A stretch of 64,000 nt of DNA from an uncultured Clostridia bacterium (GTDB lineage Bacteria; Bacillota; Clostridia; Christensenellales; Borkfalkiaceae): the NCBI GenBank assembly GCA_947629575.1, contig CANREF010000005.1, forward strand, positions 47,886 through 111,885. Direction: 5' to 3'. Of this stretch, positions 17,601 through 26,475 are shown one piece after another. A model generated the notes under the pieces. The model ran no database searches. It saw only the letters and a list, made by a program, of their open reading frames with translations, and was not told the DNA's origin. Within the stretch, counting starts at the first letter, position 1. The number at the start of each line of letters is the position of its first letter. The position numbers were made by a program, and so were the translations under genes.

Positions 17601-17629
17601 ATTATAGCACAAACCGTGCGTCATTTCAA
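17601..17629 (-). promoter_or_regulatory. sigma-A promoter (extended -10) for the DUF1858 gene
   Basis: Minus strand: TTGAAA, a 17-nt spacer ending in TGC, then TATAAT. Confidence 0.5.
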
Positions 17630-17693
17630 CTCTTTTTACCAAATTTTTTTCGGAAGATGACTTTGCGCCAATAAAAAATAAGCGCGCCGCCGT

Positions 17694-18149
17694 TTACAGT
17701 CCGATCAGCCAATAGATGAGCCCCACGGCAGCGCCCGCACTGACCCCGAAGACGATGATCGGCCCTGCGACGAGGAACATCTTCGCCGCCATTCCATAGA
17801 CGAACCCCTCCGTTTTGAACTCGATCGCGGGCGAGGCGACGGAGTTTGCAAACCCCGTGATGGGAACGATGCTCCCCGCGCCCGCGTTCTTGCCGATGCG
17901 GTCGTAGACGCCCAAGCCCGTCAAAAGCGTTCCCAAAAAGATGAGGATGACTGAGACAGTGCCCGCCAGCTCATCCCCAGTGAGCCCCGCATATTCGAGC
18001 ATATAGCGAAAAAACTGCCCGATGCAGCAGATGAACCCTCCGACGAGGAACGCCCTGCCGCACGTCTTGAAATGTTTCGTGGGCGGGTCGAAGGAGTTGA
18101 CGTAATTGATATAGTTGCGGTTGTAGTTCTCGCGCGATCTGCCCGTCAT
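17694..18149 (-). CDS. spoVAC: stage V sporulation protein AC
   Basis: 151 aa: …CGRAFLVGGFICCIGQ…GAGSIVPITGFANSVASPAIEFKTEGFVYGMAAKMF…. Confidence 0.88.
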   Translation of the reverse strand: MTGRSRENYNRNYINYVNSFDPPTKHFKTCGRAFLVGGFICCIGQFFRYMLEYAGLTGDELAGTVSVILIFLGTLLTGLGVYDRIGKNAGAGSIVPITGFANSVASPAIEFKTEGFVYGMAAKMFLVAGPIIVFGVSAGAAVGLIYWLIGL

Positions 18150-18368
18150 GCGCGCTCCCCCGACGTGGGCCGCATGGGCTCTTTCCCCGCGGCGGGAAAG
18201 CAGCTCTCCCGTTCTTCCCGCGTCTTGCCGAGAGGATTTTCACGTATCTTTTTCATACCGATAATTTGGGGATTTTTTGCTCGGTTTATACCTCGGGAAA
18301 GGGACAAGACGTTCAAAGCGGCATGAAAAATTTTCTTTTCGGAAGGGCGCGAAGGAAAGCGATTTGAT

Positions 18369-18397
18369 TTGCTAATTTTTCCCGAATGGGCTATAAT
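18369..18397 (+). promoter_or_regulatory. sigma-A promoter for the phospholipase-C-like gene
   Basis: TTGCTA, a 17-nt spacer, then TATAAT, with GAGGAGAGG as the SD before the ATG at 18424. Confidence 0.5.
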
Positions 18398-18423
18398 AGA
18401 GAAAAGAACGTTGAGGAGAGGTT

Positions 18424-19323
18424 ATGCCTTCGAGTATCACCCACCAACTGGTCGCGGAAGAGACGCTGAAAAAACTCCCGCAGGAGATCGGCAAGATCGC
18501 GGCGGAAGCACAGGACGAATATTTTCTCGGCTGTCAAGGTCCTGACATGCTGTTCTTCTACCGTATCGGCTGCAGAAGCGAATACAACTTCGGGAAATTT
18601 TTGCACCGCTATCGCGTCTATGACGTATTTGAACTTTTGCGCCGCGCCGTCGCGGGCGGTGAGAGCGCTCCCCGCTTCGGCGAGGAGGAGAAAAAGCGGG
18701 CGCTCGGCTATGTGCTCGGCTATATCACCCACTATTGTACCGATTCGGTGTTCCACCCGTTCGTGTATAATTATTTGGAAAGCGCCCATGCGCAGAAGCG
18801 GGAGCACCAGCAGATGGAGAACGATTGGGACGTCTACTTTCTGCGCGAACTGCGCGAGAGGGAGGCGGAGGGCTACTCCTTCGGCTTCACCCGCACGGGG
18901 CTCAAGCAGAGCAACGCGGCGGCGCGGCTGTACGCCTATTTGGCGGATAAGCTCGAGCGGGAAGAAGTGACCCCCCGCCGATTCTACCGCGGCGTGAAAA
19001 ACTTCGAACGGTATTTGAAATTCTTCCATAAAAAGTGCTACCGTTCGCAAAAAAGATGGCAGCGGACGGAAAAGGTCTTTCATGTAAAGCGGTATTTATC
19101 CCGCCTGTATCCCCGCACCGAGCCCGACCCGAACTATTTGAGCGGCGACGGATTTTTGTCTCTTTCGGAGGGGAACGGGGACAGCGCGGACGCCCTTTTT
19201 GCGCGTGCCGTAGACGAGAGCGTGAGGCGCATCCTCCTCTTCTGCGACGCTCTGAAGACGGGCGAACCCCTTCCCCGCGAAGAATTTTGCAAGAGCTTTC
19301 TCACGGGAAAACCCGTTGACTGA
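18424..19323 (+). CDS. zinc-dependent phospholipase C family protein
   Basis: 299 aa: MPSSITHQLVAEETL…FLGCQGPDMLFF…GYITHYCTDSVFHPFVYN. The His-rich pattern is typical of this family. The minus ORF 18391..19083 is its antisense shadow. Confidence 0.6.
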   Translation: MPSSITHQLVAEETLKKLPQEIGKIAAEAQDEYFLGCQGPDMLFFYRIGCRSEYNFGKFLHRYRVYDVFELLRRAVAGGESAPRFGEEEKKRALGYVLGYITHYCTDSVFHPFVYNYLESAHAQKREHQQMENDWDVYFLRELREREAEGYSFGFTRTGLKQSNAAARLYAYLADKLEREEVTPRRFYRGVKNFERYLKFFHKKCYRSQKRWQRTEKVFHVKRYLSRLYPRTEPDPNYLSGDGFLSLSEGNGDSADALFARAVDESVRRILLFCDALKTGEPLPREEFCKSFLTGKPVD

Positions 19324-19333
19324 ACTTTTCCAC

Positions 19334-19370
19334 AAAAAAACGGCTCATTCGTCAAATGAGCCGTTTTTTG
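19334..19370. terminator. bidirectional intrinsic terminator
   Basis: AAAAAAACGGCTCATT-cgtca-AATGAGCCGTTTTTT lies between convergent genes, ending the 12.8-kb surface-protein operon. Confidence 0.8.
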
Positions 19371-19374
19371 TTTG

Positions 19375-22300
19375 TCAGTCTTCCTTCTTCTTTTTCTTGC
19401 GGGAAGCGAGGGCGATCCCTCCCGCCGCAAGCACTGCTCCTCCCGCAACGCCCGCCGCGATATAGGCGGCGCTGTACGTCTTCGGCGCGGAATAGGGCGC
19501 GGGCGGCTCGGAAAGCGGTCCCGTCGCCTGCTGCAGCGGCGCTGCACCCGCCAAAGCGCCTTTGAGCGTTTTTTCGGCGTCCGCCACGTCCTTGGGGGTG
19601 GAGAGCACATTCCCGTAAATTTCCTGTGCGGAGGAGAGCGCTTCTTCGATCTGTCTGCGCCCCGCTTCGGTGCAGTTGAGGTCGGGCAGCGCTCCCGTCG
19701 CTTCCCGAATGGCTTCGGCAAGCGACGCCTTGTCCACCGTGCTCACGGCATATTTATAGATGGCGTCGTACAGTTGGAACACACCCACGCCCAAATCGCT
19801 CTGCACGAGGAAGGGATCTAAGAGCATATCTTCCGCCGCCTCCGTCTTGCTGAGGATCTGCGCAAAGGAGTCCTCCGTGAAATTTTCGGGATCGAGACCC
19901 CGCGCAATTTCCACGAGCTTTTCAAGCTCCGACTTATCGAGCTCCGGCTGGACAAAGACATTCATCGTCGCCGTAATGCGGTATGGATTGACGAGCCCCT
20001 TCGGAAGATCTGTAAATTCCCCCGTGAAGGTCGCAAACCCCGTCGTTGCGCAGTCGTAAGAATCGCTGTACCACGTTACATTGAGTTCGTATTCTCTTCC
20101 CTCGGTGTCCTTTGCAATCGCCTTTGCGGGAAGCTGTGCGAGCACATCCGCCTTTTCGGTGAAGCGGGGAACTGCCATCCTGCTCTCTCTCCCCTCTTTC
20201 AGGCATTGCTCGTTGAAAAGCGGCGCGGCCGAATCGCCGAGTTCGGTGATCGTCATGGAAGAGACGGTGACGGGGATCAACCCGCTGTGGATGGAGATAT
20301 AGCCCGCCTCGCGGTCGAATACCTCGCCGCGCACGTACATGATGGGTTTTCCGTTGACGGAGACGGAGATCGTATCGTCTATGGAAACCACGCGCAAGGT
20401 GAATTCGGTATTGAATCCGAATCCCGAGATGTTGGCGTCTTCGGGACCGAGCTCGGGCTTTGCGCCGTTCCAGAGGAGCACCCTTCCGCGCGGTTCAACG
20501 CAAGCGTAAAAGCCGTGGTCGAAATCACTTTGAAGGTCGTTGATGTTCGGCTTATAGAGTCCGAATCCGACATAGCCCCAATCGTCCGGGCCGTTCGCCT
20601 TCATCGTGAAATTCCCTTCGAGGATGAAGTTCTTGAACTTCTTCTTGGTATAGGTGTAGGAGCGATTCCACATAGTCCTATTCACTTCGCCCGTCTGTGA
20701 AACGCTGCCGTCGTTGTTCCACACCCATGTCCCGCCGCCCGTGATCTTCCAATCGGCGGAATTTGCGAGAAGATCGGCGCCGCCGTCGTAGGCGGTGTAG
20801 GCCTGTATCTCTTCCCACATGCTGTAATTGTCTACCCCGTTCGTGGAGCGATTGTGGAAGCGGATATAGCGCACGGAACGCGGTTCAAATTTGAACACAT
20901 GCCCCACGCTTCCGCCGACTTCGGTATAATTTCCGTCCGTTCCCTTGCCCGCGCCGACGGAATCATCGGCATCGTTGTTGAACACGGTATAGACGCCTTG
21001 GGTAAAATCTTTATCGAGCGCCGTCTGCAATACGACGTCCTCGAAGTTCCAATCGTGATAGGCCTTTACGACGAGTTTGTCGACGGTATATTCCCCGCCG
21101 AGGTCTACGATGGCGAATCCGAAGCGGTTTTCCACCGACCCCCAGACGTTGTACGGATCGACGTTCCCGTCCGTCACATAGGAAGCGGTCGCCGAACCGG
21201 TGATCGCTTTGACGGGTACGGTGAAGGTCACGGGCTTTCCGAGGGCGACGTTTTCAGAACCGTCGCCGATGATATATTCTCCCGTGACCGCGTCGGAGAT
21301 CTCCGTGCCGCGAATAGCGATCGCCTTCACGATATATTGTCCGAATTCCCTCCCGTTGCCGATCTTGATGGGGGCGGTGTAACGCTGCGAGGTGTAGGAA
21401 GGATAGCTCCCGTCCGTCGTGTAATAGATCTCCGCACCCTCATCGGAAGAGGAGATCTCGAGCGACTGCTCGCCGAGGTAGGTGCCGCTGCGAAGGCTCA
21501 AACGGGGGGATTTCAACGGTTCTTTGATGCTCACATCGCCGTTGAGCTTGTAGATGGCGAGACCGCCCGGTTCAAGCTCCACGGAGAAAGTGCCGCCCGA
21601 AACGTCCACCCGCTCCTCCTTGGGCGCGGGGAGACTTTCGGTATAGTCGGGAAGGACATCGAAGCTGTCCGCCGTATATCTTGTGAGCGAGGAAACGCCC
21701 GAAGTGGGATCTACGGCGATGGTGACGGTTTTCTTTTCCCCCTCGATCTCGTTGTTGAATACCATTGCATAGATATCCTCTCCGTTCTTCCCGTAGGCAA
21801 GGGAGAAGATCAGATTATCCGAAGAGTTCGTGGGCTGGAAAACAAAGCTCTTGGGGAGGGATTCTGCGCCCAGCGCTACCTTGTTTACATGATAGGCATG
21901 GGCGACGTCCATCTCCATGAGAAGAGGACCGAGCTGACGGATCTGCCAATTCAGCTTTTGCATGGGTTCGTAGAGATCGGTCTTTTCCCCTTCTGCGGTC
22001 AAAACGAAGTCCCGCATCCCCTCGCCGCCGTCGGCGGGAGCGACATAATAGGGAGAGACCCAGCAGAAGTGGATGATCCCCTTGAGCCCGTATGCGAGAA
22101 AACTGTTCAAGTTCCAGCGCGCCATATCGGGCGAGGGACGGCGCATGCCGTTCCACCAACCGAGCTGGGAAGCGCCCATCGTCTTTAATTTCCCATTGTC
22201 GTAAGCCACTTTGCGGATGGTCTCGAGATCGGAGAAATAGGAAGCGCGCACCTCTTCGGAAGCGGTGAAGGGATAGTGATCGTAGGAAAGATATTCGAGA

Positions 22301-22923
22301 TTTTCCGCGCCCACGGTGTCCACCCACCGCTGTACATAATCCGCATAAGACCCGCCGAGATTGGACGCCCCCGCATAGGTGGGATAGAGCCCGACCCAAG
22401 GGAAGCGGGAAGGATCTTTCTTGAGGATATTCAGAAAGATGTCCCCCGTCGTCTGCATGATCGCGTCGGAAGGTTCGTCGCGCACATAATAGGAGTTGCA
22501 CTGTAAAAGATCGCCCGCCGTCACCTCTTCCACCATCTTGTTGGAATCGTCCATGGTGACGATATAGGGCGTGGAAGCCACTGCCGAGAAGTACATATTG
22601 TACGGCTTATAGATCTCGTTGAGCTGCGTATTGGTGTACTGCGGCAGAGTCCAAACGTCGGCGGGGGCGTTCGAGGCTGTGGGATTGGTGATCCAGTTGA
22701 TCCCCGAACGAGCCAGATCTTCCAGCTGGTCTTCATAGCTTGTGCGGGCGGTATCGTAGAAAGAGGTCCAGCTCCCGATGAGGAATTCCCTTGTCGTATT
22801 CGGAGCTGCCGCCTGCACCTCGGCATGCTCTTTCCCGAGCAGGGCAACTCCCGTTGCCGCCGCCGAGAGCGCGAGCACGCCCGAGATGAAAACCGCCGTC
22901 TTTCTCTGTCTTCCGGATATCAT
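19375..22923 (-). CDS. membrane-anchored multidomain surface protein: TIM-barrel-like glycosidase-like domain, CHB_HEX_C-like, F5/8 type C, LamG/DUF1080-like, Big_4-like, FIVAR-like, C-terminal TM anchor
   Basis: 1182 aa. Signal peptide MISGRQRKTAVFISGVLALSAAATGVALLG. Motifs: YYVRDEPS…LSYDHYPF; SLRSGTYLGEQSLEISSSDEGAEIYYTTDGSYPS; NVALGKPVT…YVTDGN…IVDLGGEYTVDKL…; tail AAYIAAGVAGGAVLAAGGIALASRKKKKKED. Confidence 0.8.
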   Translation of the reverse strand: MISGRQRKTAVFISGVLALSAAATGVALLGKEHAEVQAAAPNTTREFLIGSWTSFYDTARTSYEDQLEDLARSGINWITNPTASNAPADVWTLPQYTNTQLNEIYKPYNMYFSAVASTPYIVTMDDSNKMVEEVTAGDLLQCNSYYVRDEPSDAIMQTTGDIFLNILKKDPSRFPWVGLYPTYAGASNLGGSYADYVQRWVDTVGAENLEYLSYDHYPFTASEEVRASYFSDLETIRKVAYDNGKLKTMGASQLGWWNGMRRPSPDMARWNLNSFLAYGLKGIIHFCWVSPYYVAPADGGEGMRDFVLTAEGEKTDLYEPMQKLNWQIRQLGPLLMEMDVAHAYHVNKVALGAESLPKSFVFQPTNSSDNLIFSLAYGKNGEDIYAMVFNNEIEGEKKTVTIAVDPTSGVSSLTRYTADSFDVLPDYTESLPAPKEERVDVSGGTFSVELEPGGLAIYKLNGDVSIKEPLKSPRLSLRSGTYLGEQSLEISSSDEGAEIYYTTDGSYPSYTSQRYTAPIKIGNGREFGQYIVKAIAIRGTEISDAVTGEYIIGDGSENVALGKPVTFTVPVKAITGSATASYVTDGNVDPYNVWGSVENRFGFAIVDLGGEYTVDKLVVKAYHDWNFEDVVLQTALDKDFTQGVYTVFNNDADDSVGAGKGTDGNYTEVGGSVGHVFKFEPRSVRYIRFHNRSTNGVDNYSMWEEIQAYTAYDGGADLLANSADWKITGGGTWVWNNDGSVSQTGEVNRTMWNRSYTYTKKKFKNFILEGNFTMKANGPDDWGYVGFGLYKPNINDLQSDFDHGFYACVEPRGRVLLWNGAKPELGPEDANISGFGFNTEFTLRVVSIDDTISVSVNGKPIMYVRGEVFDREAGYISIHSGLIPVTVSSMTITELGDSAAPLFNEQCLKEGRESRMAVPRFTEKADVLAQLPAKAIAKDTEGREYELNVTWYSDSYDCATTGFATFTGEFTDLPKGLVNPYRITATMNVFVQPELDKSELEKLVEIARGLDPENFTEDSFAQILSKTEAAEDMLLDPFLVQSDLGVGVFQLYDAIYKYAVSTVDKASLAEAIREATGALPDLNCTEAGRRQIEEALSSAQEIYGNVLSTPKDVADAEKTLKGALAGAAPLQQATGPLSEPPAPYSAPKTYSAAYIAAGVAGGAVLAAGGIALASRKKKKKED

Positions 22924-25900
22924 TTATTTTTCTCCTTTCTTTTTCTTGCGGGAAGCGAGGGCGACCCCTCCCGCCGCGAGCACGACTCCTCCCGCAACGC
23001 CCGCCGCGATATAGGCGGCGCTGTACGTCTTCGGGGCGGAATAGGGCGCGGGCGGCTCTAAAAGCGCTCCCGTCGCCTGCTGCAGCGGCGTTGCACCCGC
23101 CAAAGCGTCTTTGAGCGCTCTTTCGGCGTCCGTCACGTCCTTGGGCGTGGAGAGCACATTCCCGTAAACTTCCTGTGCGGAGGAGAGCGCATTTTCGATC
23201 TGTCTGCGCGCCGCTTCGGTGCAGTTGAGCGCAGGCAGCGCACCCGTCGCCTCCGCGATCGCCGCCGAGAGCGCAGTCTTGTCCACCACGCTCACTGCGG
23301 AGTCGTAGATCGCCGAATGGAGCTGGATGATGCCCACGCCCAAATCGCTCTGGGCGAGGAAGGGATCGGAGAGAAGGTCCTCCGCCGCCTCCGTCTTGAG
23401 CAAGATCAGTGCGTAAGAATCCTCTGTGAAGTTTTCGGGATCGAGCCCCCGCGCAATTTCCACGAGCTTTTCAAGTTCTATCCTGTCGAGCTGCGGCTGC
23501 ACGTATACGTTCATCGTCGCCGTGATGCGGTAGGGATTGACAAGTCCCTTCGGAAGGTTTATGAATTCCCCCGTGAAGGTCGCAAAACCCGTCGTCGCGC
23601 AGTCGTAAGAATCACAGCTCCACTTTACATCGAGTTCGTATGCCCTTCCCTCCGTATCCTTCGCGGTCGCCTTGGCGGGAAGCTGTGCGAGCACATCCGC
23701 CTTTTCGGTGAAGCGAGGGACAGCGATCCTGTCTTCTCCGCTCTCCTTGATGCATTGCTCGTTGTAGAGGGGAACGGCCGAATCGCCGAGTTCGGTGATC
23801 GTCACCGAAGAGACGTCGATGGGGATCAACCCGCTGTGGATGGAGATATAGCCCGCCTCGCGGTCGAAGATCTCGCCGCGCTCATACATGATGGGTTTCC
23901 CGTTCACGGAGACGGAGACGGTATCGCCCAGCGAGATGACGCGAAGGGTAAATTCGGAGTTGAGGGAGAATCCCGTGATATTGGCGTCTTCAGGACCGAG
24001 CTCGGGCTTTGCGCCGTTCCATAGGAGCACCCTTCCGCGCGGTTCAACGCAGGCGTAAAAGCCGTGGTCGAAGTCACTTTGAAGGTCGTTGATGTTCGGC
24101 TTATAGAGCCCGAACCCGACATACCCCCACGCCGCGGAGTCGGAAGTTTTCATCGTGAAATTCCCTTCGAGGATGAAGTTCTTGAACTTCTTCTTGGTAT
24201 AGGTGTAGGAGCGATTCCATGTGGTCCTGTTTGCTTCGCCCGTCTGGGAAACGCTGCCGTCGCCGTTCCACACCCATGTCCCGCCGCCCGTGATCTCCCA
24301 ATCGGAGGAGTTCGCGAAAAGATCCTCTCCCTCCTCGTAGGCGGTGTAGGCCTGAATTTCTTCCCAAATGCTGAAACGGCTGTCGTTTTGGATAGAGCAG
24401 TTATGGAAGCGGATATAGCGCATGGCTTGCGGTTCAAATTTGAACACTTGTCCCATGCTTCCCGCAACGTCCTGCCAGATCCCGTCCGTTCCCTTGCCCG
24501 CGCCGACGGAATTGTCCGTATCGTTGTTGAACACGGTATAGACGCCTTGGGTAAAGTCTTTGTCGAGCGCCGTCTGCAAAATAACGTCGTCGAACCGCCA
24601 ATCGTGGAATGCCTTGGCGATGATACGGTCTACGGTATAGGTATCGCCGAGATCCACGATCGCAAAGCCCATCTGTCCCGGCAAAGAGCCGAGCACGTTC
24701 CACGGATCGGTAACGCCGTCGGTAAGGCTCGCGGGCATTGCGCTCCCTTGGAAGGGCGCAGTCTCCGTCGTGAAGGTCACGGGCTTTCCGAGAGCGACGT
24801 TTTCAGAACCGTTGCTGATGATATATTCTCCCGTGACCGCGTCGGAGATCTCCGTGCCGCGCAGGGCGATCGCCTTCACGATATATTGCCCGAATTCCCT
24901 CCCGTTGCCGATCTTGATGGGGGCGGTGTAACGCTGCGAGGTGTAGGAAGGATAGCTCCCGTCCGTCGTGTAATAGATCTCCGCGCCCTCATCGGCAGAG
25001 GAGATCTCGAGCGACTGCTCGCCGAGGTAGGTGCCGCTGCGAAGGCTCAGACGGGGGGATTTCAACGGTTCTTTGATGCTCACATCGCCGTTGAGCTTGT
25101 AGAGCATGATCTCCCCCGGGCCGAGTTCCACCGAGAAAGCGCCGTCCGAAATGTCGACCGTCTCTTCCCCGGGTGCGGGGAGTTCTTTCATATAATCGGG
25201 AAGGGTGTCGAAGGGATCTACGACATAGCGGGTGAGCGATTCCACCCCTGCGGAGAGGTCCACTTTGATATCATAGTTCTTCTTTTCCCCCTCGATCTCG
25301 TTGGAAAATACCATCACGTAGATGTCTTTCCCGTTCTTCCCGTAGGCAAGGGAGAAGATCAGATTGTCGGAAGAATTCGTGGGCTGGAACACAAAGCTCT
25401 TGGGAAGAACCTCCGCGCCCTGATACACCCTGCCCGTCTGGTAGGCGTGGGCAACGTCCATCTTCATGAGCTCGATGCCGAGCTGCCGCGCCTGCCAGTT
25501 GATCTTCTGCATGGGTTCGTAGAGTTCGGTCTTAGTGCCGTCGGTGTTCACGACGAAGGGAAGCATTCCCTCGCCGCCGTCGGCGGGAGAACGGTACTCC
25601 ATGGACGTCCACACGAAGTGGGTGAGACCCTTGAATCCGTAGGCGAGATAGCTGTTACAGTTCCACTTCATCATATCGGGCGTGGGACGGCGCATGCCGT
25701 TCCACGAGCCGGGCTGGGTGCAGGCAATGGTCTTGAGTTTCCCGTTGTCGTAAGCCACCCTGCGGATGGTCTCCATGTCCGAGAAGTAGGAAGCGCGCAC
25801 ATCCTCGAAGGCGGTGAAGGGATAGTGGTCGTAGGCGAGATATTCGAGATTATCCGCCCCCACGGCGTCCACCCAACCCTGCACATAGTCCGCATAAGAG

Positions 25901-26475
25901 CCGCCGAGGTTGGTCGCCCCCGCATAGTTGGGGAAGAGGTTGACGAAGGGGAAGCGGGTATTGTCCCCCGCAAGGTAGGCATGAAAGATATCTGCCGTCA
26001 CGCCGAACTGCGCCGCGGAAGGTTCGTCGCGCACATAGTAGCCCGCGCACGCTTCGAGGTCTCCGTCGAGGACTTCCGCCACCACGCCGTCCACAGCGTC
26101 CATGGCCGCATTTCCGCCGCCGGGCTGAAACGCAAGAAAGTACATATTGTACTTCTTGTACATCTCGTTGAGTTCGGTCGCGGAGTAGTGGAAATTTTTG
26201 TCCCTATCCACCGTGGTCCAAGAACTCGAAAGGGGGGCATTCCCGAAGTTGATCCCCGAGCGCGCGAGGTCTTCGAGCTGGACCTCGTAGGGGTCGATGC
26301 TTTCATCGTAGAAGGATTGCCAACTTCCGATCAGAAATTCATCCATTGTATTCGGCGCCGCCGCCTGCACCTCGGCGCTCTCTCCCCCGAGCAGGGCGAG
26401 CCCCGCCGATGCCGCAGAGAGAGCGAGCACGCCCGAGATGAGGACGGCAGCAGTCCTCCTGTTATTTTTCTTCAT
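22924..26475 (-). CDS. tandem paralogue of 19375..22923 with the same domain order
   Basis: ORF trimmed to ATG 26475 (MKKNNRRTAAVLISGVLALSAASAGLALLG, SD GAGGAAG); 26487 is an alternative start. It is colinear with the downstream paralogue throughout. The C-terminal third is roughly 90 percent identical at DNA level by eye. Confidence 0.8.
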   Translation of the reverse strand: MKKNNRRTAAVLISGVLALSAASAGLALLGGESAEVQAAAPNTMDEFLIGSWQSFYDESIDPYEVQLEDLARSGINFGNAPLSSSWTTVDRDKNFHYSATELNEMYKKYNMYFLAFQPGGGNAAMDAVDGVVAEVLDGDLEACAGYYVRDEPSAAQFGVTADIFHAYLAGDNTRFPFVNLFPNYAGATNLGGSYADYVQGWVDAVGADNLEYLAYDHYPFTAFEDVRASYFSDMETIRRVAYDNGKLKTIACTQPGSWNGMRRPTPDMMKWNCNSYLAYGFKGLTHFVWTSMEYRSPADGGEGMLPFVVNTDGTKTELYEPMQKINWQARQLGIELMKMDVAHAYQTGRVYQGAEVLPKSFVFQPTNSSDNLIFSLAYGKNGKDIYVMVFSNEIEGEKKNYDIKVDLSAGVESLTRYVVDPFDTLPDYMKELPAPGEETVDISDGAFSVELGPGEIMLYKLNGDVSIKEPLKSPRLSLRSGTYLGEQSLEISSADEGAEIYYTTDGSYPSYTSQRYTAPIKIGNGREFGQYIVKAIALRGTEISDAVTGEYIISNGSENVALGKPVTFTTETAPFQGSAMPASLTDGVTDPWNVLGSLPGQMGFAIVDLGDTYTVDRIIAKAFHDWRFDDVILQTALDKDFTQGVYTVFNNDTDNSVGAGKGTDGIWQDVAGSMGQVFKFEPQAMRYIRFHNCSIQNDSRFSIWEEIQAYTAYEEGEDLFANSSDWEITGGGTWVWNGDGSVSQTGEANRTTWNRSYTYTKKKFKNFILEGNFTMKTSDSAAWGYVGFGLYKPNINDLQSDFDHGFYACVEPRGRVLLWNGAKPELGPEDANITGFSLNSEFTLRVISLGDTVSVSVNGKPIMYERGEIFDREAGYISIHSGLIPIDVSSVTITELGDSAVPLYNEQCIKESGEDRIAVPRFTEKADVLAQLPAKATAKDTEGRAYELDVKWSCDSYDCATTGFATFTGEFINLPKGLVNPYRITATMNVYVQPQLDRIELEKLVEIARGLDPENFTEDSYALILLKTEAAEDLLSDPFLAQSDLGVGIIQLHSAIYDSAVSVVDKTALSAAIAEATGALPALNCTEAARRQIENALSSAQEVYGNVLSTPKDVTDAERALKDALAGATPLQQATGALLEPPAPYSAPKTYSAAYIAAGVAGGVVLAAGGVALASRKKKKGEK

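Noticed and set aside
19375-26475. Diversity-generating retroelement (template/variable repeat) as an explanation for the near-identical tract in the tandem paralogues
   Set aside because: No reverse transcriptase or accessory gene is present in the window. The roughly ten mismatches are not confined to adenine positions of one copy. Gene conversion is the simpler explanation.
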